A stretch of DNA of 63,676 nt, the filler included, from Octopus bimaculoides (lineage: Eukaryota): the NCBI RefSeq assembly GCF_001194135.2. It is 4 parts of 3 records of this genome, joined end to end, with 100 filler letters (N's around TTAATTAATTAA, not from the genome) between each part and the next. Parts side by side here need not be neighbours in the genome. Positions count along the whole stretch, not along the records: positions 1 to 26,607 come from NC_068985.1; positions 26,708 to 29,700 come from NC_068988.1; positions 29,801 to 58,389 come from NC_068985.1; 1 more part is not named here. The stretch is one strand, 5' to 3'. A program made the position numbers and the translations under genes. Shown here piece after piece: positions 26,249-38,900 of this stretch; position 1 is the stretch's first letter; each line of letters starts with the position of its first letter. The notes under the pieces are model-generated. The model saw nothing but the letters and a program-made list of their open reading frames with translations. It made no database searches and was not told the origin of the DNA.

Positions 26249-26607
26249 CCATCAGGAATCACTGCAGAGATGCTCAAAATATCTGGCAGTGTTGGCTATA
26301 GCCTAGTCACCCGTATTACGAACCAGGTGATACACGAAGGAGTCATACCCAATGACTGGTGTAGCAGCATCATAGTCAACTGCTACAAAGGTAAAGGTGA
26401 CGCTTTAGATACAAATAATTACAGAGGCATCAAGCTGTTAGATCAGGTTATGAAAGTTACAGAGAGGGTCATAGCCCAACTAATTAGGGAGCGAATCAAT
26501 TTAGATGAGATGCAGTTTGGGTTCGTGCCAGGTAAAAGCACTACTGATGCCTTATTTCTAGTGAGACAGCTGCAGGAGAAATACCTAGCTAAGGATAAAC
26601 CTCTGTA
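26249..26607 (+). mobile_element. RTE-clade LINE reverse transcriptase fragment, open frame running into a gap
   Basis: PSGITAEMLK...IPNDWCSSIIVNCYKGKGDA...NNYRGIKLL...QFGFVPGKSTTDALFLVRQLQEK are RT domains 0-2. Confidence 0.92.
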
Positions 26608-26651
26608 NNNNNNNNNNNNNNNNNNNNNNNNNNNNNNNNNNNNNNNNNNNN

Positions 26652-26663
26652 TTAATTAATTAA
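26652..26663. other. Assembly linker TTAATTAATTAA embedded in N runs (also at about 29745 and 58434)
   Basis: Identical 12-mer flanked by Ns at three places, giving stops in all six frames. Not biological. Confidence 0.9.
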
Positions 26664-26788
26664 NNNNNNNNNNNNNNNNNNNNNNNNNNNNNNNNNNNNN
26701 NNNNNNNATATATATGTGTGTGTATATGTATGTGTATATATATGTATGTATGTATATATATATATATACACACATACATATATATATA

Positions 26789-27170
26789 TATACGTGTATA
26801 AGGGATGACCACTAGGTGGACATCCAATATGCTAGAAAGAGGTCATCAACGACCCAACCGCAATGTAATCGGTAGAACTATATGCAAGTCGTGTTTCATG
26901 AAGACAATTCGTCTATAGTTCTGCAAATTATATTAATTCCAGAACGTCTATGCTGATGAGAACACAGATGTTGTTACGTAAGTAAAACGTTAATGTTCGA
27001 AACTGCAGTCCATAGATAATTCTTTATTCTGTATATTTCTCATTTTGTCCTGTTCTTGTGTTTTCCGAAATTTTTCTGGAGAACATTATTTTTCTTTGTG
27101 GTTGGGTCGTTGATGATCTCTTTCTAGCATATTGGATGCCCACCTAGTGGTCATCCATTATACACGTGTA
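26789..27170. mobile_element. 382-bp MITE-like element with 75-bp terminal inverted repeats, containing an HHR
   Basis: 26789-26863 versus the reverse complement of 27096-27170: 70 of 75 positions identical. Both ends are TA; the left end abuts a (TA)n tract. Confidence 0.85.
26946..27017 (+). ncRNA. Type I hammerhead ribozyme motif, apparently intact
   Basis: Stem I TCTATG (26947-52)/CATAGA (27011-16); CTGATGA (26953-59); stem II GAACA/TGTTC; GAAA (26999-27002); palindromic stem III CTGCAG; GUC triplet ending at 27010. Found by eye; activity untested. Confidence 0.82.
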
Positions 27171-27325
27171 TTACAATTTTTTCTGAATTTTCAGATTTTT
27201 TTTATATGCTAGGCCACTTGGTTTTAAATTCAATTAATATTCAATTTATCACCCTATCTATATAAATAATATATATATATATATCACCCTATCTATATAA
27301 ATAATATATACATATATATATATAT

Positions 27326-27864
27326 CACTACAATTGTTTCCACGCAATTTAGTTCTCCAGATCGCGGTATTTGGTTATATAACCGTTTCCCTGCCTTATG
27401 AGACCTAGTTGTGTTTCCTCTGGTAATATATAGATATTGTTTCTGTAAGCTCAAATTCTCGGCTTCCAGTGTATCCTTTCTGTCTGTCGTAGTTTGCGAT
27501 GAAGTAGTAAGCACAGAGTATATAAAAAAATATGTGGTTGAAAGTCTGTTGATAAACTGCTTTAAATGTATAAATGGAGTAGGGGTAGCTATGCTATGGA
27601 TGGTGAGTATTGAGGTTAATATTAAAGGGTGTGCCATTTTATTTCTTTGTGTTGTTAATTTAGTCTTCATGGTTAGTTACACATGCCACTGTCCTTGGCT
27701 GACCTTCAAAACTTAACCAGTCATTCAGTTGATGAACTTACATTATATATACATACCCGTACATGTTCTCACACACATATACATCTTCATAATGCAGGGA
27801 AACGGTTACATAACCAAAACCCTGCGAACATGGAGAACTGCATTGCGTGGAAACAATTGTAGTG
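27326..27864. mobile_element. Non-autonomous element with CACTA termini and about 80-bp TIRs
   Basis: Begins CACTACAATTGTTTCCACGCAAT and ends with its exact 23-nt reverse complement; imperfect TIR continues to about 27403/27784. AT dinucleotide on both flanks. Confidence 0.8.
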
Positions 27865-28092
27865 ATTACAATGAAATGTTCTTCTGTACTCTCTCTCATT
27901 CAATTATCCATTCACACATTACAAAAGCCCCAACGCAAATCTGGCATTACGTATAATATTACTGCTGGATAGCACCGGGTGAAATCTAAAGGTGGATGAG
28001 CTTTATACTATACTCTATTGCGTTCTTCACAGAATATAACCTAACTGCATATATATGTGTATATGCGTGTGCGTGTAGGTATATACACATGC

Positions 28093-28926
28093 ACACACAC
28101 ATACATATGGCAAGAGAGAGAGAGAGAGAAAGGGAGAGAGAGAGAGAGAGAGAAAGGGAGAGAGAGAGAGAGAAAGGGAGAGAGAGAGAGAGAGAAAGGG
28201 AGAGAGAGAGAGATNNNNNNNNNNNNNNNNNNNNNNNNNNNNNNNNNNNNNNNNNNNNNNNNNNNNNNNNNNNNNNNNNNNNNNNNNNNNNNNNNNNNNN
28301 NNNNNNNNNNNNNNNNNNNNNNNNNNNNNNNNNNNNNNNNNNNNNNNNNNNNNNNNNNNNNNNNNNNNNNNNNNNNNNNNNNNNNNNNNNNNNNNNNNNN
28401 NNNNNNNNNNNNNNNNNNNNNNNNNNNNNNNNNNNNNNNNNNNNNNNNNNNNNNNNNNNNNNNNNNNNNNNNNNNNNNNNNNNNNNNNNNNNNNNNNNNN
28501 NNNNNNNNNNNNNNNNNNNNNNNNNNNNNNNNNNNNNNNNNNNNNNNNNNNNNNNNNNNNNNNNNNNNNNNNNNNNNNNNNNNNNNNNNNNNNNNNNNNN
28601 NNNNNNNNNNNNNNNNNNNNNNNNNNNNNNNNNNNNNNNNNNNNNNNNNNNNNNNNNNNNNNNNNNNNNNNNNNNNNNNNNNNNNNNNNNNNNNNNNNNN
28701 NNNNNNNNNNNNNNNNNNNNNNNNNNNNNNNNNNNNNNNNNNNNNNNNNNNNNNNNNNNNNNNNNNNNNNNNNNNNNNNNNNNNNNNNNNNNNNNNNNNN
28801 NNNNNNNNNNNNNNNNNNNNNNNNNNNNNNNNNNNNNNNNNNNNNNNNNNNNNNNNNNNNNNNNNNNNNNNNNNNNNNNNNNNNNNNNNNNNNNNNNNNN
28901 NNNNNNNNNNNNNNNNNNNNNNNNNN

Positions 28927-28968
<42 letters not shown>

Positions 28969-29003
28969 GAGAGAGAGAGAGAGAGAAAGGGAGAGAGAGA
29001 GAG
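28093..29003. repeat. (AG)n/(AGAAAGGG) purine microsatellite spanning an N gap
   Basis: Read directly on both sides of the gap at 28215-28926. Confidence 0.95.
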
Positions 29004-29522
29004 ATGATAAAAACTATTTGTCTAGATGTAGCTGTGTACATTCGGTGTCCATTCCGTACACATGACAATATACGTGCTTAATTAGCCTCAAGTTTATAGT
29101 TATGGTGGCTGTCAATATTTTAATCCTACAATCTTTCTAGAAACATTTCAGCAATGTTTAAACACTCAAATATCCGAAAAAATCTGACATCGTTGCTACT
29201 CGTTGTTATTATTGTTGAAAGTTGTTGTAGATGCATAATATTTGCCTTCTTATCTTTTTTGCCATTCATCATATATCATATATCAGCAGGCAACTACCAT
29301 ATACATCTATTGACTGCCAACCATGCACCTATACTCCACCTCCACCATACATTTATCCATTATTCAACACACATATGAATGCTAAAATCTCAAAGATAGG
29401 ATGTAAGGCATTCAATTCAGTAAAGCATATGCTGAAAGCAAAATTAAATGATACCATACGTGCCAGACTATTTAAAAGCACCGTCCAACCTGCACATATA
29501 CATACATATATACGTACATACA

Positions 29523-29587
<65 letters not shown>

Positions 29588-31439
29588 TTTTAAAAAGCAG
29601 CAAAAATATCACAAAAACTGTTATTCATACAAATACACACACATATAGACACGCATACAAATATACAAATAAATATATACGTAAACATATATAAGTATAT
29701 NNNNNNNNNNNNNNNNNNNNNNNNNNNNNNNNNNNNNNNNNNNNTTAATTAATTAANNNNNNNNNNNNNNNNNNNNNNNNNNNNNNNNNNNNNNNNNNNN
29801 ATATATATATATATACATACATATATTTTGTGTGTCCGTGTTTGTCCCACCACTATTGCTTGACAACCAATGTTGGTGTGTTTACATCCCCATAACTTAG
29901 CGGTTCAGCAAATGAGACTGATGGAGTAAGTACTAGGCTTACAAAGAATGTCTTGGGTTGATTTGTTCAACTAAAAGTGATGCTCCAGCACAGCCACAGT
30001 CAAATGACTGAAACAAATAAAAGAATAAATTAATGAATAAGGTTAATGTATATATAATGAATTTGCCATTTTCAATGGGTGTGCCGTAGTCAATTGCGTG
30101 AACTCCAGTGCTCCACTGGTACTTCTTCAACCTCAGAAAGATGAAAGCCAAAGTCAATCCCAGTGGAATTTAAACACTGAACATAAAGATGGACAAAATG
30201 CCTCTTTGGATTTTGCCCGGCAAGCTAACAATTCTGCCAGTTTGTTCCTTAAATAATAATAACAATGACAATAATGATGATGGTGATTTCTTACATGCAA
30301 ACAGATTCTCTAATTTGGAGAAAGGAACAGTTGAATATATCGACCCTTGTACTTAACTAGTAAGTACTTTATTTGATCGACCTTGGAAGAATGAAAAGTG
30401 AAGTCAGTTTCAGTTGGATTTAAATTCAGAAGTTAAAGGACCATAACTAGATATCTCAAGGCATTTTGTCTGATGCTCTAATAATCTTTGCACTCCACTG
30501 AGTATTTCTATGCTAGTAAACAATCTAAGCATATAAGGAAAAAAAAAACCAGTAGTAGTGTCTAATGAGAGGTCTGTAAAATCCATCATTAGTTAAGAAG
30601 GCTGTAGTTCTCTAATGGCCTTTGTAGTTAATGGAGGGAATCTGTCCACCACCTCCCACTCAGCATGTTGTTAAACTCTTTTGCTACCAACCCATTGTAG
30701 ACCACCCCTAGTTTTGTGATTGATAAATCCAAATTTGAATAGTGTTGGTGTTCAAATTAAAATCTCCCATCAAAAAATTCATATAAGAATCTTTTGTTCT
30801 TATCTAACTTGAACACCAAACGCTATCCTAATAACTGTTTCTAATATATGCACAAGGCTAGAAATTTCTGAGTGCAGACTAGTCAATGAAATTTGCCCTA
30901 GTATTTGACTGGTACTTTGTCATCAAATCCTAGAAGGATGAAAGGTAAAGTTCTCAGCAGGATTTGAACTCAAGAATGTGAAGAGCCAAAACAAATGCTG
31001 CTGCAAAGCATTGTTTTCAATGCTCTCGTGATTCTGCTACTCCACACTCCCCTATCCATCACTAACAATTGAGTATGCCTTGGTGACATTTATCCTTCCA
31101 ACACTAATTGTTGTTGGTGACTTTTAGCTATGAACAGGCATAAACACCTACTCAGCTTTCCTACTCAATATTTCCAGCAGAATATCAAAGATGTAACTGG
31201 AGGAAGTTAGGAGACTTCACACCATCGTCCAGTTGATACTAATTCTGAGCTGATTAGATTGGTTCTATGTGAATTAGAGCACCTTGCTTAAAGGCACGAT
31301 GTATTGCTCAGTCAAGGAATTGTACCTACAGACTTATGATTGAAAATCCAATAACTTTACCACTAGGTCCCTGCCCCATAACACCATCTTAATAATGAAG
31401 AAATCTTTTCTACCAGATTCACACATATTTTTCTTTTAT

Positions 31440-31812
31440 TATTTTACTTGTTTCAGTCATTTGACTGCAGCCATAGTGGAGCACTGCCTCTAGTCGAGCA
31501 AATCGACCCCAGGACTTACTCTTTGTAAGCCTAGTACTTATTCTATCAGTCTCTTTAGCCAAACTGCTAAGTTACGGGTATGTAAACACACTAGCATCAG
31601 TTGTCAAGCGATGTTGGGGGCAGGGGAACAAACGCACGCATGCACACACACACACACACATATATGATGGACTTCTTTCAGTTTCCACCTACCAAATCCA
31701 CTCACAAAGCTTTGCTTGACCCAAAGCTATAGTAGAAGACACTTGCCTAAGGTGCCACACAGTGGGACTGAATCCAGAACCCTGTGGTTGGCAAGCAAGC
31801 CACTCTTGCACC
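31440..31812 (-). mobile_element. SINE family A copy
   Basis: Same family. Further copies lie at about 18600-18800, 29825-30030, 32215-32595, 34415-34712 and 58060-58320. Confidence 0.85.
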
Positions 31813-34354
31813 TATTTGTTAATATTTTTGAAATCAATTAAACTGCATCAGCTAGTATTTCATTAGGAAATAATAATCCTTAATTTGCCACAAGGCCAGC
31901 AATTTTGAGGGATGGGAAAGTCAAATGCCCCAGCGTTCCACTGGTACTTTATCGACCCTGAAAGGACAAAAAGCAAATTTAACCTCAGTGGAACTTGAAC
32001 TTGGAACATAAAGACAGATAAAATGCCCTGGGAACTTTTTTTAAAAGTCAATACTGTGTACTACTATGTTAGCAGTGCACTTAAATCACATGTTACGGTC
32101 ATCTCTAAGTATTGACTTCTAAAAATGTTTAATACACTTTGTAGCATATTATGGTTGCATAACAAAATACCGTGTGCTTACTAGTCATTACTGAGAACGT
32201 TATCCTGTGTTTTTTTTACTTGTTTTTTTTTAACTTGCTACAACAAGGCTGGAGCACCACCTTGAAGGGTTTTAGTCAGTGCTTATTCTATCAGTCTGTT
32301 TTGCTGAATTGCTAAGTGATGGAGATGTAGACACATCAACACTGGTTGTCAAGCAGTAATGGGGTGACAGACACACATACATAGATATGCACGCATGCAC
32401 ACACACACACACACACATGCACACACACACACACACACACATGATGGGCTTCTTTCAGTTTCCATTTACCAAATCCACTTACAGGGCTTTGGTTGGCCTG
32501 AGGCTGTAGTAGATGACACTTGCCAAAGGTGCCATACAGTAAGACTGAACTTAGAACCATATGGCTGAGAAGCAAGCTTCTTAGCACACAGCCAGTGCTA
32601 ACATTTCTACCAGCTCACTGCATTAGCTCACAGAATTGTTTGCATGCTGGGCAAAATGCTTAGGAGTAGTTTGTCCATCTGTTCTGAGTTCAAATTCCAC
32701 TGAGGTCAACTTCGCTTTTCATCCTTTTGGAGTCAATAAAATAAGTACTTTTGAGCATGAGAGTCATTGTAATCAACTCAACCCCTCCGCCGAAATTGTT
32801 GTTGTGCCAAAATTTTAAATCAATAGTAAAAGGGTTACACATTTGTGGAAGTTATTTTCTTTCTCTCTTTTTATCTTTTACTTTGCTTGCAATGCTTTGT
32901 GGTTTCTTCAGGTGACTGACTAAATGGTAAATCCAATCAGACTGTCACTTGTCTTTCTGTCTGCCAGGCTATCACACTGTGTGTCTGTCATTCTTTACTG
33001 CTTATCATTCATTCATACTATATGACTGTCATTCACTTAGTGCTGCCTGTCAATCAGTTGTTCTGTATGTCTGTGAGATTAGTAAAGAGACCAGCAAGAG
33101 ATAAACTCTAAATATCTTCACAGATGCTATGAGATATATCAATTTAGAGGAGAAGCAGTTTCATATTTACTTTTAAAGTATTGTTTACCTCTGTCTCACA
33201 TTTTAACCATGACTGGTTTTTTTTTTTAACATTTTGTAAATAGTTTCACTTTTGTGTGTGTGTGCGTGTAATAATACATGCAATCAAGTAGACACACACG
33301 GTGGTGGAGGGGAGTACTCAGTCTATGTAGGAGAGTTTGTTTGAAGTGTTGAGTGACTCATTAGCACTGAAGAAATGTATATCTTTTGCAAGCAAATACA
33401 CTCATACATGCATACATATGTACACATGCATAAACACCTACACACATATACACACACACATGCATGTGTGTATATATATATATACACGCACATGCGTGTG
33501 TGTATGTATATATATATACACACACACACATACACACACACACACACACACATGTACACATACTTATACGTACCCATGCACACATGTACATGCACACTTA
33601 CATGTACACATACATAGATACACCTACACACACACCCCTACTTGCACACACATTATTTGAATGCAGGCATGCCAGAAGAGTTAAGAAGTTAACTTTTAAC
33701 TCATTAGAGGCCCTGCTGAAAACCCATTACCTGGTACCTGAATGAAAGTGGATTGGTGGAAAGTGTACGGAAGCATATCAAATGGACTGTACATGTAATT
33801 CGATGACCCTACTTTGTTACACACCCTCACTGAGTCATGTTGAACCTACCTATTAAAAGTGCAAGTATCTGTATGATACTCAACCACTTACATTATAAAT
33901 GCAATATGTAGGTTCTTCCATTCAACAAACAACTGCAACATATACATTTTTTACATTCATTTTACTTCCATTTTTCTTCCATGCAAACTTGGTTTAGATT
34001 TGCAACAATGTTATTAAGGCATTCTTTTTACAGCTGGATAACCCTCCTGTCACTAACTCTTACCCATTTTTAAAACACACACACACACACACACAATCAC
34101 GTGCGTGCATGTGTGTGTTTGTGGTGAGGGATACAGTGTTGGATGACATGATAAATAGATATATGCAGTTAGTGCTGAAGTTGAATTTGGACCTAATCTC
34201 CAGCTTTAAATGTACCACTCAAACTGGAGTCCACCATTGCAAGTATTAAGAACTTTCAACAGTCAGGACTTTTCCTGACTTCCTGTTCTATATATACAGA
34301 GATAGAGAGAAAGAGAGAGAGTGTGTGTATGTTTGAAGTGGTGTACAGATATTG

Positions 34355-34836
34355 TATATTGAGAAAAAGGAGGCAGTCAGAATTTTGGATAATTCTTTAT
34401 TAGTGCTTTCTTTCAGGTCAGTCCTACTGCATGGCACCTTGGAGAAGTGTCTTCTACTTTAGCCTTAGGCCGACCAAAGCCTTGTAGGTGGATTTGGTAG
34501 ATGGAAAGCTCTGTGTTTGTCCCCCCTCCCCCAACATCGCTTGACAACCGATGGTGGTGTTTTTACGTCCCTGTAACTTAGCAGTTTGGCAAAAGAGACA
34601 GATAGAATAAGTACTAGGCATACAAAGAATAAGTCCTGTGGTCGGTTTGCTCGACTAAAGGCAGTGCACCAGCATGACCGCAGTCAAATTACTGAAACAA
34701 AAGAATAAAAAAATTCGTTTATCAAACGCATGAAGACAAAATCGAAGCAATTTTGATTTTGTCTCGTTTGATAAACGAATGAAAGTGCTAATAAAGAATT
34801 ATCCAAAATTCTGACTGCCCCCTTTTTCTCAATATA
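34355..34836. mobile_element. About 180-bp fold-back palindromic element split by a SINE insertion
   Basis: 34355-34410 plus 34713 onward pairs with 34781-34836 and the hairpin 34713-34780. The SINE at 34415-34712 interrupts the left arm. Confidence 0.75.
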
Positions 34837-35706
34837 TATATATTGTCTTATCTTCGAAACGTCAGGTTAGAATAGAGACAGCTGATGAAGGAATATTCCA
34901 AGTGGCTTTCCGTTTTCCTATGTGTTCGTTACGTTGTCTGTAGTTCATTGTTCTAACGTCCTGTACACTGATATGCATATATATACACATGTAGATGTAA
35001 GTATGTACATATATGTGTGTATACATGTATATATATTCTTTGTATTATTATTATATATATATATATATATGTATGTATGTGTGTGTGTATGTATGTATGT
35101 GTGTGTATACACACACACACACACACATGCTGATAAGCATTAGTTTTTCTTCTATGTGCGCATAAGCATGTATATATTTACTTGTGAATATATCTGTGTA
35201 CAGTGCATGTCTCCAAGTGTTTTAGTGGATAGTATTAAACTAGCATTTACTTTAGTCTGGTACTTTATTCTCTATTTCTTCAACTACTTACTAAATTACA
35301 GGACATGTTGAGACAGCATAAAGACAGGCACACTTACATGCACACATACACACACACAATGCTTGTGTGTGTGTGGTGATGGGAGGGGGTACTTATATGT
35401 ATAACTGTTATGGTTCAAAGAATTGTATTGATATAAATGTATTCATGTGAATAATGGAAAGAATGCAGAAACAGAGGACACAAATATAGATGCAAAGCTA
35501 AAAATGGAAAATATGCAAATGATGTTGTTGATGATGGGGTGGTGGTGGTGGTTGACGATGACCACCACCACATATTTGAAAATGAAAAGTGCCTCACAGC
35601 CAGCCAAGTGGGATCATGAAATATTATTCAGTATTAAGGCAGTAAAGACTGCCTTAACAGGTATTTCTTTTGGCAACAACAATTGAAGATTAGCTAGCTC
35701 TTGATT

Positions 35707-35993
35707 ATCATCATCATCATCATCATCATTTAACGTCCGCTTTCCATGCTAGCATGGATTGGACGATTTGACTGAGGACTGGTGAACCAAATGGCTACAC
35801 CAGGCTCCAATCTGATTTGGCAGAGTTTCTACAGCTGGATACCCTTCCTAACGCCAACCACTCCGAGAGTGTAGTGGGTGCTTTTACGTGCCACTAGCAC
35901 AAAGGCCAGTCAGGTGGTACTGGCAACGGCCACGCTCAAAAAGGTGTATTTTACGTGCCACCTGCACAGGAGCCAGTCCAGTGGTACTGGCAC
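35707..35993 (-). mobile_element. Family B copy
   Basis: Near-identical to 13137-13370. Confidence 0.85.
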
Positions 35994-38900
35994 GATTAAT
36001 TTCTCACAATTCAGATTTAGAATATAGTTTCACATATTTGACTTGTTAATCCTGGAATTGTCTTTATGTCTCTATTATAAATCCTAGGCATGTTGAGATA
36101 GTGAAGTTGTGTTTCGTTCATCAATATGTATGAAAGTATATCTGCATTGAGTATACCCACTGTTAAAAGTATGCTTAGTATGACCATAATAATATTTTGA
36201 ATGGGATTGAGGACATTTTTGTGCTGTACGTAGGCGCTTTTGTGAGATATGTAGCATCAAAGGCAGGATGTGTGTTACATTGAGATGGTGGGTTTAAAAT
36301 ATTTTTGTTATTGGTCTTAGTTAATGGCAGTAAGTAACTATGTTTTGGGTATAACTGTAACTAACTTTGATTTTTTTTTTTTTTATAGAAGTTTATGATA
36401 AGAATGATTGTGGGAAGTGTTTGTGCATAAGGTATATAAAGCTTGTTACTTTGTATAGCACATTTAAACTAAGTAGGGATATGTAGTTGTTATGATAAAC
36501 CAAATAATTATTTTTCTCTTCCTATTTTTTACCTGTCTTTATAATGAATTATTGAATTCTTTATCTTGGTCAACTAAATTTATACTTGTGAAATTCACCT
36601 TTTTAAGTGACTGAGTATTTTACAGACACCTGTCTTCTTAATGCACTTCTCAGGCCAGATTTGCATTTATCGGTAGAACAAGATTTGTCCATGTTGAGTT
36701 GGTACTTAATCGGCCCCAAAGCAATACAAGGCCAAGTTGACCATAATGAGATTTGAACTCGTAATGCAGAAAGCTAGAATAAGTACCGTAAAACATTCCA
36801 TCCAATATTCTAACAACTCTGCCATTTCACCACCACTTTGTTTTTGTATGATGTTATGATGATAGATATGCCATTTTGTTGTTTTTTTCCTTAGATTCCT
36901 TTCTTTTTAATACATCATTATAATGATCTGCAATTGTTGGTAAAGTATTTTTTTTCTCTATAACTATGGAGAGTGGGTAGTTTACAGTGCTTGCTAATGT
37001 AATGTAATTTTTCATTAGGCTTTCTGTATGGGTGGTATTTTCTAGTTTTTAAGTCAAAAGTTATGCCTAGGAAATTTTACAGCAGCTATATGTTAGTCTT
37101 GCTGATAATATACAGCTACACACACACTCACACACACACATACATGCATATGCATAGCTTATAACAGGGTTTTGAATAAGGAAGACAGTCTGGAGACTAC
37201 CTATGGTAAAATAAATATATATCCACAGCTTCATTGCTTGAGTTTCATGTGAACATCAGTGTTGAGTAGTGATGTTATGAAATTTTAAATTATAACACAC
37301 ACACACACACACACACACGCAAGAGTGCATACATGTAGATGCATATATACATACATTCATGCAAACATATACACCTCACTCTGATTAATGCTGTACCCTT
37401 GTTCAGAAACAGAACATTCACACATACACATAACAAGAGTAATCTCATTGACAACACCATCTCCAACTAATTTCTGCTCTCTACAAGTCTTTTGGCCTTC
37501 AGACCATTCCAGTGTTAAAAGAGCCAATATTAGCTACAAGCATCAAATATAGCTAGATGTCATCCAATTTCATTGATTAGACACAAATCAGGTTGTGAGG
37601 AGTAAAGATGATGTTGCTGGTTGGGTGGGGGTAGTGGTGGTGATGGTGCTGTTAATGTTGGTGATATGATACTGTTAATAATGGTGCCAAAGGTATTAGT
37701 GGTTATGGAATTCTTCACACCCTGGTTGATACTGCTTTCTTTCATGTAAAGTTTATAAAAAAATACTCTGGTTTCCATTCTAGAAATTAAAAAGTGAATC
37801 TATGTTAAAATGAGCATTCTCTTGTTTTATTGATTACTATTGTTGTTGCTGTTCTTGGGAAAGCATCAGTGTCACAGCNNNNNNNNNNNNNNNNNNNNNN
37901 NNNNNNNNNNNNNNNNNNNNNNNNNNNNNNNNNNNNNNNNNNNNNNNNNNNNNNNNNNNNNNNNNNNNNNNNNNNNNNNNNNNNNNNNNNNNNNNNNNNN
38001 NNNNNNNNNNNNNNNNNNNNNNNNNNNNNNNNNNNNNNNNNNNNNNNNNNNNNNNNNNNNNNNNNNNNNNNNNNNNNNNNNNNNNNNNNNNNNNNNNNNN
38101 NNNNNNNNNNNNNNNNNNNNNNNNNNNNNNNNNNNNNNNNNNNNNNNNNTATATATATATATATATATATATATAATCTCCAGCAACGTCAATTCCTTTG
38201 TAGATAATTTTTTTTCTTCTTGAAATCTTCTGCACCCAAGCAACATAGACATGTATTGCCAAATTTTCACTGATTCCTTGGACAGAGACCTCAAGAAACT
38301 CCAGTGGGATCCCGCCAATATTGTCGTCTTTGACAGCACAATCACTACATATACCTAGCAATATGAATACCATACAACTAAAAACCTTCAAAGTCAGTAC
38401 AAATGTTAGCCCTCGCTATTACTGAGGTTCTATCATGGCTATCTCGCATCCTCGACATGTGGAAGAGTGCATTATAAAGATTGGGTCTTCCTCAGACCCA
38501 AAAAATATTTCGCCATCCAGCAATTACTAAACTTTGTTCAAAGTAGAAGTGAAACACACTAAAGCTGACCTCAGCAGGATTTGAACTTGGAACATAAAGC
38601 GCTAGAAGAAATACTGCATAGCATTTTGTCAGCTGCTCCAATAATTCTGTTCAATCCACTGCCCCCTCTCTCCCGCTTCTCACTAATAACAATAAATCAA
38701 ACTCAGTTTGGATGTTTCTTTTATTTCTTGCACCCACTCATAAGGACATCTCAAGAAATGAAACTTATTTTATAATCAAAGGATGTGTCACTCATAATCT
38801 GTGTAGGCTGGTGAAGTTAATAAGGTTGATGTACATTATGAAAAATGTGGGCAGACAAAGTGTTCTAAGAAAGATTGAAAAAAGTGTTTATTGTGGACTG

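Noticed and set aside
38180-38560. Minus-strand ORF as a gene
   Set aside because: No recognisable domain; possibly a decayed LINE, too uncertain to call.
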